From Octopus vulgaris (taxonomy: Eukaryota), in contig OX597829.1 in the NCBI GenBank assembly GCA_951406725.2, forward strand, positions 34,348,001-34,412,000: a stretch of 64,000 bases of DNA, in the 5' to 3' direction. The notes beneath the pieces are model-generated. The model was not told the origin of the DNA. It did not search any database and saw only the letters and a program-made list of their open reading frames with translations. Of the stretch, positions 24,218 through 36,851 are shown one piece after another (positions within the stretch are counted from its first letter, which is position 1; each line of letters opens with the position of its first letter). The translations under genes and the position numbers were made by a program.

Positions 24218-25110
24218 TAACAGAATGAAATAAAAATCCAAGGCTGTGAAAGATTTCAGAACATTTATAAATAGAAGGTCTTACAGTTGTTTCTGAGATA
24301 TTGTATATATCCCTTCATCGGAAACGGTGCGAGAAAATGGATAAGCAATAGTTATTCTAGAGAAGATATGAAATAGAGAATGAAGTGGAGGAATGAAAAT
24401 AGACGTTAGATATGCAGGCATATTGTATCTGCAGTTCCATTATTTAAGCAGAATGGTATACATATAAGATTCCTGTGCCTTGTGTGTAAGTTCCAATAGT
24501 ATTTAAAATTGGTCATTCCAAGCATAGAGTTTGTACACAGTGTTATTGGATTGAGGTTTTTTTTTGAAGTGACTTAAAAGTTGGAAATGTGTTTGTAAAG
24601 TCAAATAAAAAAAACGGGAAGAGAGGGAAAAAAAAGAGAGAGAAAAAGAAAAGTGGGGATCAACCAAAAATTTTAAGCAACGATATGCCGTTTACCTCCA
24701 TTCTTTTAGATACAATAAACATAGTAAATCTACAACACTTGCCACCCACATACATCATCTCAATAATACAAATATACCCTATACTTTATCATGGTCCATA
24801 CTTGATTCAGGGCTTCCCTACCGAGGTCAGCGTTCAACCTGCAAGCTTTGCCTGAAGGAGGTGCTTCACATATTAGAGCACAACTCTCCAACACTGCTAA
24901 ATAAACATAATATGGCACTAAGCACATGCAACGACCGTTTTTTTCACACAATCAAATTCTACCACAAATCCAGATGCCTAAACGACCAAACAGTGCATTT
25001 CCATAATACCCCTTAGGTAATCCCAATAATCTTAAAAATCTACATTTTAACTCCTAATCCTTATCTAATTCCACTTTCATACTTGGATATCACAATTATT
25101 TAATTATATT

Positions 25111-25165
<55 letters not shown>

Positions 25166-25589
25166 GTATGTATGTATGCATTATTACTATTATTATTGTT
25201 TACAAACGATACACACTGCTTCAGGCAAACTAGAATATTCTCTTAGTATTTAAGTAACACTGAAGTTTTGAGAATCTGTTAACATTTCTGAAGGCAGAAA
25301 AATGTGTCTCAACTTGGCCTAATTTTGAGCATTGTTGACTTTAACCTCAAAAGTCACATAGCCTCCTGACAGTATAATGTGTGTGTGTGTGGAGAGAGAG
25401 AGCAGAGAGCTATTTTCATCCTTTAAATGTTGCTTCAGTAAAGCAAACTGATTTGCATAATGTTTTACTAGCTGCTAGTTCAATCAATTATGCGTTATTG
25501 GATTAAGCAGCATATATAGATAATTTTAAATGTGTATTTAAAGTTAAAAATCTTTTAAGTGATGCTGCATAACTTTTGCAAAATATGGA

Positions 25590-25950
25590 TATGTGTGGTA
25601 AGAAGTTTGCTTCCCAACCACATGGTCCCAGGTTTGGTCCCACAGCATGGCACCTTGGGCTAATGTATTCTACGATAGCCTCAGGCCAACCAATTCTTTA
25701 TGAATGGATTTGGTAGATGGAAACTGAATGAAGCCCTTCATATATATGTATGTGTGTGTCTTTGCATCCATGTTTACCCTTTTCCACTGCTTAGCAACAG
25801 GTGTTTATATATCCATAACATAACAGTTCACCAAAACTGACCAATAGAATAAGTACCAGGCTTAACAATATTAGTAAGTACTGGGGGTCACTTCATTTGA
25901 CTAAAATTCTTCAAGGTTGTATCACAGTGTGGCCACAGTCTAATGACTGA
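25590..25950 (+). mobile_element. tRNA-derived SINE (OR2-like)
   Basis: Colinear with 38217-38610. Confidence 0.8.
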
Positions 25951-26587
25951 AACAAGTAAAAGACGAAAAAAATATACTTGTTATCGCTTCCATGGACAGA
26001 AAAATAAGGATTGATTAATCCTGGTTTTGATTTTTGTTTGGTTCTCTTTTGAAGTCATACTTCCCCTCCCCCACCACATGTACCCATGGGGCGATATAAA
26101 GCTTATAGATATTTATAGTTCTTAATTGTAGTGGCTTCAATGAATTAATTTGACTTGTATAAATAATGGTTTGCTGAAGGCTAGATCAATTAGCAAATCT
26201 TTAAGTTTACTTTCATCTTAGCCGTTTCAGTTTCTTAAACATCATTCATTTCTATGATTGCCAGGGCGGTAAATTCTTATTGTCTCTACTTCATTAAATC
26301 ACATTTTTATTGTTTCTTAAGCAGCAATACCATTTGTATTTAAATAACATGTGTTCAAGATCATATTATTACAAATTTAAGCATTGTTTTATAAAATGAT
26401 ATGGGTTAAATGACAATGCTGTTTCTAAATATGCACTTTCAGAGACACTTACTCTTAAATTACCCTTTTAGTTTACAGTGAAATTTTCATTATCATCATC
26501 ATTTTCTAAAATGTCATTACCTTGTTCTATATGTAACTACTTTTTTTCAACACACTAATTTCTATCTAAACGTTTCTGAAATTGCAG

Positions 26588-26668
26588 AGAAAGCAGCTGT
26601 TAAAGAAAAACCAATGAAGAAAACAAAAGAATTAAAAGTTTTGGATTTAAAATCAGCACAAAATTTAT
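26588..26668 (+). CDS. dia: Diaphanous formin exon, FH2
   Basis: ttgcag|AG...TTA T|gtaaga. EKAAVKEKPMKKTKELKVLDLKSAQNL matches KELKVLDSKTAQNL of DIAPH proteins. Confidence 0.92.
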
Positions 26669-27639
26669 GTAAGAAAATATATTTTATTGCCTTACAAATT
26701 CATGTTTCTTTCTCTGTCTTGTTTAGGAAATAACACAAGTTTTAGTATTTTTTTCCTCCTGTCTTTACAATATGATTTAGTCTTTTGATGTTGTAATTAG
26801 GACATTGAACTCTTGTTCAAGGTTCTTCAGGTTCCAGGATCATCTGTGGCACATACATGAGAAGATTTGTATTTGTCATTTAAGTATGACAAATTTTTCT
26901 CCAATTAAAGAGGTTTTCTTATTTACAGCAATGAGTAATACTTCCCTATGGAATCTAGTAAACTCAATGATCTGGACCAGCAAGTTATGTCAGTTACTTT
27001 GCATTTTACAAGTGATGAAATTATGGACCATCAACTATTTAGTTACTAAACAAAATACCTGTCAATCTACTAGTTGTAACACTTGTTAAACCAGACATAT
27101 ACAGTAGGGTGGAGCGTTTTTTTTTTTTATTTTGTGATGGGGGTAGTGCAGAAAAGTTGTGAATGGACATCAAAATAACTGGTGTAAAATCATAGAACTA
27201 TGTAGTAATATCTTCTGTCTCCACATATGCATTGGAAAATGGAGAGAGTGGGAAAAAAAACACCTCTATGTATTTATTAACTATAAAATACAGTTTTCAT
27301 TGCATCTTCTTTGGGTAGCTTTTAAATGACTGTGATGAAATTACTCTGAAATATGTCTTAAACATATTTTTTTCTTTGACTTCATCTTCTGCCTCCACAA
27401 GGAGGGAGTGGGGGTGAACTGTAATTTACATCTACATGAAAATTTTTCTGAATTTGATAAATTACAATTTTTACAATATTTTTGCATATTTTGAGGCATT
27501 TGTGGAGGCAGAAGATTATTATTCCAAGTTTCATGTAACTAATTGTCAAACAGAAGTCAAATTTTGGAACAATGCAACAGGTTATAGATGTTTAAAAATG
27601 TTATGTGTAAACTTTTAACACGTTTGATAGAAAGAAACA

Positions 27640-27790
27640 AAAGACGAAGGCACATGGGGTAGACAACAAACAGATGTATTAGTATAACACTTGGGAAGTA
27701 AAAAAGTCTTTAACATTTTGAGCCTACGCTCTTCCACAGAAAGGAACACAGAAAGAAACAAGGAGAGAAAATAAAGAATGTGTAATGGCT
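27640..27790 (-). mobile_element. Penelope-like terminal fragment
   Basis: Reverse complement of 52565-52715, the 3' end of the Penelope element there. Related fragments at 28160-28270 and 54930-55050. Confidence 0.65.
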
Positions 27791-27813
27791 ACACACACAC
27801 ACACACACACACA

Positions 27814-28130
27814 TATTGTATAAAGGACCATGGGTAAGGCCAGAACAATGTGAAGTAAATGCAAGGTAAATCACAAAAAAGCAAATATGTGAATTAATGT
27901 AGACTTACCTTGTGTTCAATATTTCGGGGTTATGACCCCATTTTCAAGAGATTGAGATTGTCACCGAAGTGCACACTGGCAACAATTGTCAATTTTTTGA
28001 AAATGCGCTCATAACTCTGAAATATTGAATACAAGGTAAGTCTGCATTAATTCATATATTTGTTTTCTTGTGATTTACCTTGCGTTTACTTCACATTGTT
28101 CTGGCCTTACCCACCATCCTTTATACAATA
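27814..28130. repeat. Fold-back element with ~140-bp arms
   Basis: tattgtataaagga..ggtaaggccagaacaatgtgaagtaaa... versus ...tttacttcacattgttctggccttacc..tcctttatacaata. Confidence 0.88.
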
Positions 28131-28289
28131 AACTCTATACAATGCTTCATAGTAATGATTCCCTCCGCTTGAAACATTTAATCCTCCTTTCTTTCCTTTC
28201 CTGAGCATCTAATGACACTATACTTGTTCCACATCCTCTCGTTGTTGTGTTTTCTCTTTGTTCATGTTTGGAGTAATTATATATATATG

Positions 28290-28341
<52 letters not shown>

Positions 28342-29254
28342 AATATATATACACACACACATGCATATATATAAATATATATATATATATACGTATGCAT
28401 ACACACATATTTATATATAGATATATACACACACACTCATACGCACATACATATATATTTTTAAAAGGGTTTTAATGTGACTTCGTCTTTTAATTAGAGT
28501 AATTTCAAACGATTTCCAATGTTGTATCTTCATACTTCACTTTTAAATTTACTAGTGTAAATTTGTGAAGATATGAAACATTATATTTACCTCTGATCAG
28601 TTATAGTTAGAGAATGCAAATCTGTTTGCTCTGATTTTTTTCTTTTTTCTTTTTGAGAATACCTGCATTTCCAGCATTTTGTGATGTGTTTATGTACTCC
28701 AGTGCACCTATCATGATAGGAACAAATAAATATCTATAGTTTAGATAAAAGAGCTAGAAGTTTCTCATTTGTTCTCCATAGAAGTTCTTTTCCCAATAAC
28801 TTTTACATGACATCATATCTGACCAGTATCTGATCTCTACAATGATGCACGACTCTTGTTTCTCGCCCCATGCAACCATATTTAGTATGTTGTGCTTACT
28901 CCACATCGCTATTTTTATTAGAATGTTCCACCAGTATTCTTTATTTTTAAAGATGTGTATACTCTCTGGTTCAAGTGTGCTTTTGATATATCTTTCCTGC
29001 ACATAGTGTGTGTACATGTATGCATTTTTAATGAATATTTCTGGTTTTATTTTTCAAATTTCTCACCAAGAGAAAAAGCCAGAAAATGTTATATATGTCT
29101 CTGATCAAAATATATTGAAGAAAGTAGAAGTAGGAAAAAAAAAGTTATAGACATTACTTGAAAAATACCTTTGTAAGTTTCCCCATGTTTGAATAACCAT
29201 TCTTTTTTTTTTAGGAAATTACATTTGTTACTGAAATTTTAATTTCTTTTGCAG

Positions 29255-29451
29255 CTATATTATTAGGTTCTGTGAAACTACCTTATGAAGAAATCAAGAG
29301 GTGCATACTAGAGGTTGACCTCGATAATCTTTCTCAACATATACTTGAACAACTTCTGAATTATCTACCACCACAAGATGCTATAAATCAACTGGGCACC
29401 ATGAAAGATAACTATGATGAACTAGCTGAATCAGAACAATTTATGGTTGTG
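29255..29451 (+). CDS. dia: Diaphanous formin exon, FH2 knob
   Basis: ttgcag|CT...GTG|gtaagt. SILLGSVKLPYEEIKRCILEVD...LPPQDAINQL...ELAESEQFMVV. The conserved actin-binding Ile is present. Confidence 0.95.
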
Positions 29452-29782
29452 GTAAGTTGCATTCACTTTGTATTTTTTTTGTTGTTTTATTTTACTAATG
29501 CATTTCGTGCATTTTCATAATGATTGTTGTCATTTGTTTTACTTTTGTTTGCTGTAATTATATTTGTTTTATTTCTTTATTTTTAATAGTTTTACTTTTT
29601 CATCTAATTTCCAGAATTTCTTTACTATCATTATTTATAACTAACACTGAACACTCAATATTTCCCTTTTATATAGGGTTTTAAATTCACTGTATTTTCT
29701 GCAGATATTTAGCATTAGCAGTTGTTAATATTCCCCACGTTTCCTTTGTGCGATACTTTATGATATTGGTATAACTTAGTAA

Positions 29783-30070
29783 GACTTTGTTGTGTCTGGG
29801 GAGAATCATTATACCAATATTATTAACACATACACTGGTTCACTTCCACTTGCTTATTATTTGTCAATTGGTTCAATCTCCTACTAACTAATCAATTGTT
29901 TGTTTAATTTGGTTTGACAGTAAGTCATTTGTTTTGTTTTTGTTTGTCAAAACTCATTGCTACTTGCAACCTTTTCAATGACTTTTCAATTGACTAATAA
30001 TAAAGGAGTGGAATTGAATAAGTGTGTGTGTTAATAATATTGGCATGATGACTCCCTTGACGTAACAAAA
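29783..30070. repeat. Diverged inverted repeat, ~85-bp arms
   Basis: ccaatattattaacacatacac..ttccact..ttattatttgtcaattg versus caattgactaataa..agtggaa..gtgtgtgttaataatattgg. Confidence 0.6.
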
Positions 30071-30790
30071 TTTGTTCCAACACATTTGCAAACCAGATAC
30101 AAAACCTAAGTAAGACTTACTAAAATCAAAATACTAAAAAAAATAAACAAAAGAATGTATTATTTCACCCATTACTTCTAGAAAGTTTCATATAATTTTT
30201 TAAGTTGTAAATACTGCATCAAGTCTTTAGAATCACTATATCTGTAAGTACTAAGCAACTGTTGACACTTAAAACAGAATTCTTTCACTAGCACCTTAAT
30301 TATATTCAACTGATAGACATTCACTTGAGGACCTGACACATCCATATTGACTGGTCTCTTGTTGCCAATTTTTCTTTCATAATTTTTCACTTTTTGGAAA
30401 CCTTTAATTCTTTGTCTTTCATCTTTTTATATTATAACATCGCCTGTAATTTATATGTAATATCAGCATATGTTGTTAAATCTGTTAAATATTTTCTCTA
30501 AATAATAGTGTTTGAATTATAATGATACAATGTGTGTGTGGTTCTGTCCACCTACTGTATTGTGTGGAAGCTATGTAGACATAGGTGGGATGACAAACTG
30601 AACATATTAACATTTTTTCTTATCAGAGCTGTTACACTATACTGAAAATTATCTCTATCATTACTGTGGATGCCTTTATATTGTTAATGTATTTATTCAT
30701 CCTGTTCAGTATACACTCTGTTTTTAATGTTTGTATACAATAAAATAAATTTACTAAGATTAATAAGTTATATTTCTAATTTTTTTTCAG

Positions 30791-30877
30791 ATATCAGATA
30801 TCAAATCTGTAAATCAAAGAGTATCATCACTATTATTTCGAGTGAAGTATGAAGAAATCATTAATGACATCAAGCCT
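30791..30877 (+). CDS. dia: Diaphanous formin exon, FH2
   Basis: tttcag|ATA...CCT|gtgagt. ISDIKSVNQRVSSLLFRVKYEEIINDIKP. Confidence 0.92.
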
Positions 30878-31189
30878 GTGAGTGATTATATTTCCACTAA
30901 TTAGTTTTAATGAACAACTATAATTACAAATACCCTCAACCCTCTCAGATCTGGGCCTCTGCATCTAACCTTACCTTTCACCTGGTCTCCTGAACAAAAC
31001 AATAGTTGCACATCTAGCTCAAGAGTAATAGTTACTGGCAAAGTAATGGACAGAATAAAAAAAACAATTGAGGAGAATAACAATAATAGGCCTTTTTCTC
31101 AACCGCTGTATTTGTTAGGCAAACTAATGAACAGAATTGCAAAAGAATTCAAAATAGGTCTATCTCTCAACTAGTCATTTCTTAATATA

Positions 31190-31367
31190 TATATATTAAT
31201 TTATCCTTAAAACCACTATTGGCTAGGGCATTGTTGTAATAGGGGGCTGCCTTCTCAAAAATTCCTTTAAAGGAAAAGAGGTTAGAAACTCTGTTGATAA
31301 CGTTAGCTATCAGGTTTTTGAATACTACAATAGAGTGACAAGACTGTTTATATATAACCCCTCTAAT

Positions 31368-31398
<31 letters not shown>

Positions 31399-33000
31399 GA
31401 CCTAGGAAAATAATTTAGTCCCCCCCTCTTTCCCTTAATATAAAAGCTAACATAGGTAAAAAGATTCCTGTCTCTCCTAGACCAATGTTTTTCAGAAAAT
31501 CACAGGTAGAGCAAAATGTTTAACAGGTGCTCAGTGAAATTATCATATAGCTGCTGCCCCAATATGAAAAGCATCATTACATGAGAACAACACTAAGAGC
31601 TCACCCCCAGTTGTAACTGTCAAGACCCAGAAACCTGTCCACTCAACCAGGGATGTATGATTAATTCCTTCATATATGAGGCAGCAGTTACAGCCACACT
31701 AGATGATAAAACAACTGATAAGAAGAGCTATATCAGACTATGTGAAGGCAAATTCAAAAACTGCTATGCTAATCAAAGGATTGGGACAATTTATTGTGTT
31801 ATGAATAGTAGAATTATTGTGTAGTTTATTGCCTTGACCAATTCTTCTTGGCCTGTATTCTCGATCTGAGTCATTTTGCTTACCATAATGTTGTGTTTGT
31901 GTGCAATGTGTATTATTATTGGAGGAATTGGCAGAGTTATGTATGCTTGTGTCATGTATGTATCAAATTTTCTCACAATATCCAGCCCAAGCTAAAACAC
32001 TATTATAATATGGCGCATGTGATTCCAAAATTTTTTTATTAGCAGATAATCTAGATATTCTTGTTGAAATATCCTTAACTAATCCCTGTATTATTGAAGG
32101 TGGACGGTTGAAGATAAAATTGTCTTGAGCTAACTGGATCCTATAAAGGAGCTGTTGTGGTAGCAGACCACGAAACACGGTTGTAATTCCTCCTAACTTG
32201 GTCCATAGTAAGGTACACAAAACCATATGATATCATTTCCTGGAGATGCCGTCTCTGCTCTGAGGAAGCCCTGTCTATTCTGTGAACTAATGAGAAGATC
32301 ATTAATAGAATTTCTGAAAGACTCTCAAGATACTTACATGCATATAAATGTACTTTCACTGAATGCAGTGGGAATGAATTTGTGTAACTGCTAATGTAAT
32401 TAATAATCATTATAGACCTTAAGGTATGGATGAATTGAATTTAGCTCTAACCTCCCCATTCCTATAAACTCCAAGTAGCTATTTAATTTGCTATGTGAAC
32501 ATGTGTGCCAAGCCACACATGTGCATATGCTTATGTCTTTGTGGATGTCTGTATGAGCAAGTGTACATGTGCCATACAACCTACATGAGGGCATTTATAT
32601 ATCCATATCTATTAACTGTTATATTTAATTCATTTTTCGCTGTATTGTGTGTTCATTTCTTTGTAGCATCTGTTATTTATCTTCTACACAAATGAAGTTA
32701 TATCCTTTTAATTTGCTGCTTTTCTTTATACGAACTGAGAAGATACATTGCAAAACTGTTATTTCAATAAGTTATATCTATTTATCACACGAAGAAACAC
32801 ATCTACACCATTGGATGCTCCTGAACCAGTTGTTAAGTATTTCACCCATGAGGGATCAATGCTAGGTGGGTCAAAACAATTGTAGTAATTAAGAACAGTT
32901 CTCATATCTTCTGTCTCATTAACCAAATACACAACAAACGCTGTGAAAGTGAACATGCTTTACTAGTGAGCTACCAGGTATAAACCATAGATTCATTATC
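31190..33000. mobile_element. Cluster of Penelope-like fragments on both strands
   Basis: Minus 31205-31340 KNLIANVINRVSNL..IFEKAAPYYNNALANSGF. Plus 31420-31775 NIGK..KLSYSCCPNMKSII..CNCQDPETCPLNQGCMINSFIYEAAV..SYI. Minus 31963-32115 PPSIIQGLVKDISTRISRLSANKKILESHAPYYN. Plus 32230-33000 is a pLTR copy. Confidence 0.75.
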
Positions 33001-33033
33001 TAATACATATATGTATGTATGTATGTATGTACG

Positions 33034-33092
<59 letters not shown>

Positions 33093-33739
33093 TACAACAT
33101 GTATTAAGTACTCTTTCTCTCATTTGCAAAACAAAATGTGTGGAATATTGACTTCTCACAGCTTTGCTTGTGTTAATGGTAATATGACATTTATATTCCT
33201 TACTGACAAATGGCTGCTCAAAGACTTGTAGAATAAAAGTTACTTCAGTTGTTAAGCGGATGTAAATTAGCAACTGGAAGGGTATCCAGCTATAAAATCT
33301 TGCATGAAATACATCCCATCTAACCCATGTTACTATGGAAAAATAGATCTGAAACAATCAAACAATTATATTTTATCTTTAAAGAAGAAATCTTAAACAT
33401 GGCTTAGTTACTCAAATACTTCAGTAGCTACTCTGTTATCAGTTTTCTGCTTCATAGTACTTTTGTATAGTACTTTTATTTATTCCATTTGTAAAAATCA
33501 AACACACTTCTACCTATGTATATCATCCTCATTATTCTATGTTCATTTCTCCTTGCTTGCATGGTTTGAATGGATGCCATATCATCTTGCCACTTATTGC
33601 AGACCTTCAACCAAAGAAACCACATGTATCTGTTTTTTATGTTTTCATTTGGTATACCTTTATGGTTGAATGCCTTTCTACTACCAACCATTTAACAGTA
33701 TCATTTTGATGCATTTTATCATACCTATTTCTTTACTAC

Positions 33740-33956
33740 CCACAAGGGCCTAAACATAGAGAGGATAAACAAGGACAGACAAACGGATTAAGTCGATTAT
33801 ATCGAGCCCAGTGCGTAACTGGTACTTAATTTATCGACCCCGAAAGGATGAAAGGCAAAGTCGACCTCGGCGGAATTTGAACTCAGAATGTAACGGCAGA
33901 CAAAATACCGCTAAGCATTTCGTCCGGCGTGCTAGCGTTTCTGCCAGCTCGCCGCT
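33740..33956 (-). mobile_element. tRNA-derived SINE (OR1-like), well-preserved copy
   Basis: Minus strand gcggcgagctggcagaaacgctagcacgccggacgaaatgcttagcgg...gagttcaaattccgccgaggtcgactttgcctttcatcctttcggggtcgataaattaagtaccag. CpGs retained. Other copies at 9035, 14470, 57560 and 58530. Confidence 0.82.
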
Positions 33957-34157
33957 TTTTATCATACCATTGGCATTAGGAAGGTTGAATGCAATGAAAC
34001 TAAATATTTCCTTTTAGTTATGTAATTTTTTTAAAATTCCGAATCACTCTTCTTCCACATGAGTCATTTATATGTAGCATCCAAAGTTCGTATATTTCCA
34101 TTTTATTGCACATAATTGTTTTCGTAATTAATTATTTGTATTGATGTCTTCCATCAG

Positions 34158-34310
34158 AGTATTGTAGCCACAACACAAGCATTTGACCAAGTTAGAAGCA
34201 GTGCAAAGTTTTCCAGTATAATGACATTGATATTAAGTATTGGCAACTATATGAATACTGGGTCGAGAAATGCTGAATCAATAGGTTTTGAAATATCTTA
34301 CCTCAATAAG
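34158..34310 (+). CDS. dia: Diaphanous formin exon, FH2 post (GNYMN)
   Basis: catcag|AGT...AAG|gtatgt. SIVATTQAFDQVRSSAKFSSIMTLILSIGNYMNTGSRNAESIGFEISYLNK. Confidence 0.96.
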
Positions 34311-34377
34311 GTATGTAAAAACTGGATTATCCTTTTTTACTTTTTTTTATCAAAAAAATTTATATGATATTCATATT

Positions 34378-34700
34378 GGTTGTGTGGTAAGAAGTTTACT
34401 TCCCAGCCACCTGGTTCCAGGTTCAGTCCCACTGTGTAACACCTGAGGCAAGTGTCTTCTACTATAGCCTCAGGCTGACCAAAGCTATGTAAGTGAATTT
34501 GGTAGATAGAAACTGAAAAAAGCCTGTCGTGTGTGTCTTTGTGTCTATGTCCCCGTAACTTAGTTCAGCGAAAGAGGCTGATAGGATAAGTACCAGACTT
34601 AAAATAACAATAAGTACAGGGGTCTCAACTAAAATTCTTCAAGTGGTGCCCCAGCATGACCACAATCTAATGACTGAAACAAGTAAAAGATGAAAGATAT
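34378..34700 (+). mobile_element. tRNA-derived SINE (OR2-like)
   Basis: Colinear with 38217-38610. Confidence 0.8.
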
Positions 34701-35725
34701 TAAAGTATTATATATAAAGCATCTCAACTAGAATAACTTATTTCTCCTTTTTAATTTTGAATTATATCTATTTTTTCTAGATCTTATTTCTAATTCACTA
34801 ACACATTCTAATATTACTATCATATCTCATTTGAGTACAACCTCATGATAGTTTGTTATATTGGTCATATAATAATTTTATAATCCTGTTTTCCACCTAT
34901 CTTATCTCTCTTTTATATACCAAAGTTGTTGCTTACCAAAGCCTAAATTCTTTAAATTTCTTTTTGTTGTTAGAAATTCTGTTTATTGTCTTACCATGAA
35001 TAGTGCTATCAGTACTTATTACAACCATTACAGCTTAAATTTTTTCAGGTATGCCTGGTTAATTCACTCATTTCAATGAAAAAAAAATCATTGATGAGTG
35101 AAATGGGTCATTGTTTTATTCTATCATAGCATAAGCAATCTTCTCAGAATAAATTCCATCAAAATTTTTGTTTGATCCTCAAATTCTGATGATGTAACAA
35201 GCAGTGTGTCTTGGGCATCTAAGCTTGTCAAAACATATCCCTCTCTAGATCTGATCACAGCCATTTTTCTCTAGAAAGAGAGTAAGAGAGCCTTTTTACA
35301 AATAGAGTTTGTATATACTTTAAGGCTTGAAAACTAAATCTCTGTGAGTGAAAGGAGAAAGAGAAAAAGTTAAATGACAGCAGATCAATTTTGACATTTT
35401 TTTTTTTAATCTGAGAAACTTGTAGTGATAAAGATAAAAATTACAGTAACGCACTATACTTTCCTTCTTTGTACTTATTGCCTATTGTGTGTGCCCGTGC
35501 AAAATCTGCATGAACATATGGTATGCAAAAACACAAGACATTTCAGCTACATCATAATCATCACAAAAATTTGGTATATCATTTAAAGCAGAGACATGAT
35601 GATATTAAACAAATATTAACTTATCTTTTAAAAGGGAAGTTGTTATATATATGCATTAATAATCAAGTGAATTCTTTTAAAATTTTATATTAGTTCTCTA
35701 ACCTTAATCTTTTCCTTTTCAACAG

Positions 35726-35855
35726 TTGAAAGATACTAAAACACAAGATGGATCCATGACATTATTACATTTTATTGCACAAATTGTACAAGATGATTAT
35801 CCAGAATTAGAAAAGTTCGGAGATGATCTCACTTATATAGAGAAGGCATCGAAAT
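35726..35855 (+). CDS. dia: Diaphanous formin exon, FH2
   Basis: caacag|TTG...AAA T|gtaaat. LKDTKTQDGSMTLLHFIAQIVQDDYPELEKFGDDLTYIEKASK carries the DTK and TLLHF motifs. Confidence 0.95.
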
Positions 35856-36005
35856 GTAAATATGACAGTGATTAAACTTCTTTTAACAAACAAAACTATA
35901 AAGTTGCTTGAAATTTAAATTAAGAAGCATTCCTTAATATTACTTTTCACATAGTTATTATTCAGCAATTAGCACATTTATTGATTTCATTATGTGTGCA
36001 AGATA

Positions 36006-36220
36006 ATGGAATGCTGAAAAGTTCCTGGCTTTGAGGGTGTCATGAAAGGCCTGGTTGGAGGCCCAACCTTCTGAGTTCCTTTACAAGGCTTAGAAAAACT
36101 GAAGGACCTCTGTAATAAGTGTGTGAATCTGAGAAGGAAATATGTTAAATAAAATCATAATTAGCTGATCCTCCAGTATTTTCTTTTGCCCAAAGCCAGG
36201 AACTTTTCAGTACCCCCTTG
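36006..36220. mobile_element. Mariner-derived MITE
   Basis: TIR gctgaaaagttcctggctttg / caaagccaggaacttttcagt, TA at the right end, internal remnant of a mariner C-terminus. Confidence 0.75.
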
Positions 36221-36726
36221 TATCATCATCATATTACGTTCTCTTTCCATGTTAGCATAATTGATATTGCATTATAATTCACATTTCATTTGCTATTAGG
36301 TGTGCATTAATTTTATATTTTATTAGTCAGACATTCAACTTATACAAGTTGTGTATTTACAAATGTAAACTAAAGCATGTTTTTAGAATTTGATGGAATG
36401 TGCTATGAATGTTAAATAGGAATATTTTAAGAAACACTAGTACAAGATTTTAGCTCTTAACAAACTGAGTATGATTCTCTTTAGTTTTTCTGTTTGCTGT
36501 TGTTGATGTTTTTAAGGTAAACATAATCTACTACATTATATTTCCCCTCCTGTATAAACCTACAGCCCTTCTGTTTAATAATAATGTAAATTAATATTAA
36601 AAAAGGATAGGATATTTGAATACACAGTTTGTATGAGATAGAATTTATGTTTACAGAAAATGCATTCAATACTGTCTATTTTTTCGAATCATTTACTACT
36701 GTGATTGATGTTTTCTTTTTGTTTAG

Positions 36727-36851
36727 CTTCTGATGATCAATTACAAAAGAACTTGAAAGGCTTTAAAAAGAATTTGAACCAACTGGAATTAGATTTAAAA
36801 AATGCTGCTAATTCAAAGCTTCAAGGAGATAAATTTGTAGAAAAACTTGAA
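36727..36851 (+). CDS. dia: Diaphanous formin exon, FH2, ending at a U12-type donor
   Basis: gtttag|CT...CTT GAA|ATATCCTTT. SSDDQLQKNLKGFKKNLNQLELDLKNAANSKLQGDKFVEKLE. Confidence 0.9.

Noticed and set aside
28147-28475. ORFs made of HT/CV/YI repeats (also 32971-33357, 54699-55097, 55912-56240)
   Set aside because: Translations of (CA)n and (TA)n microsatellites.
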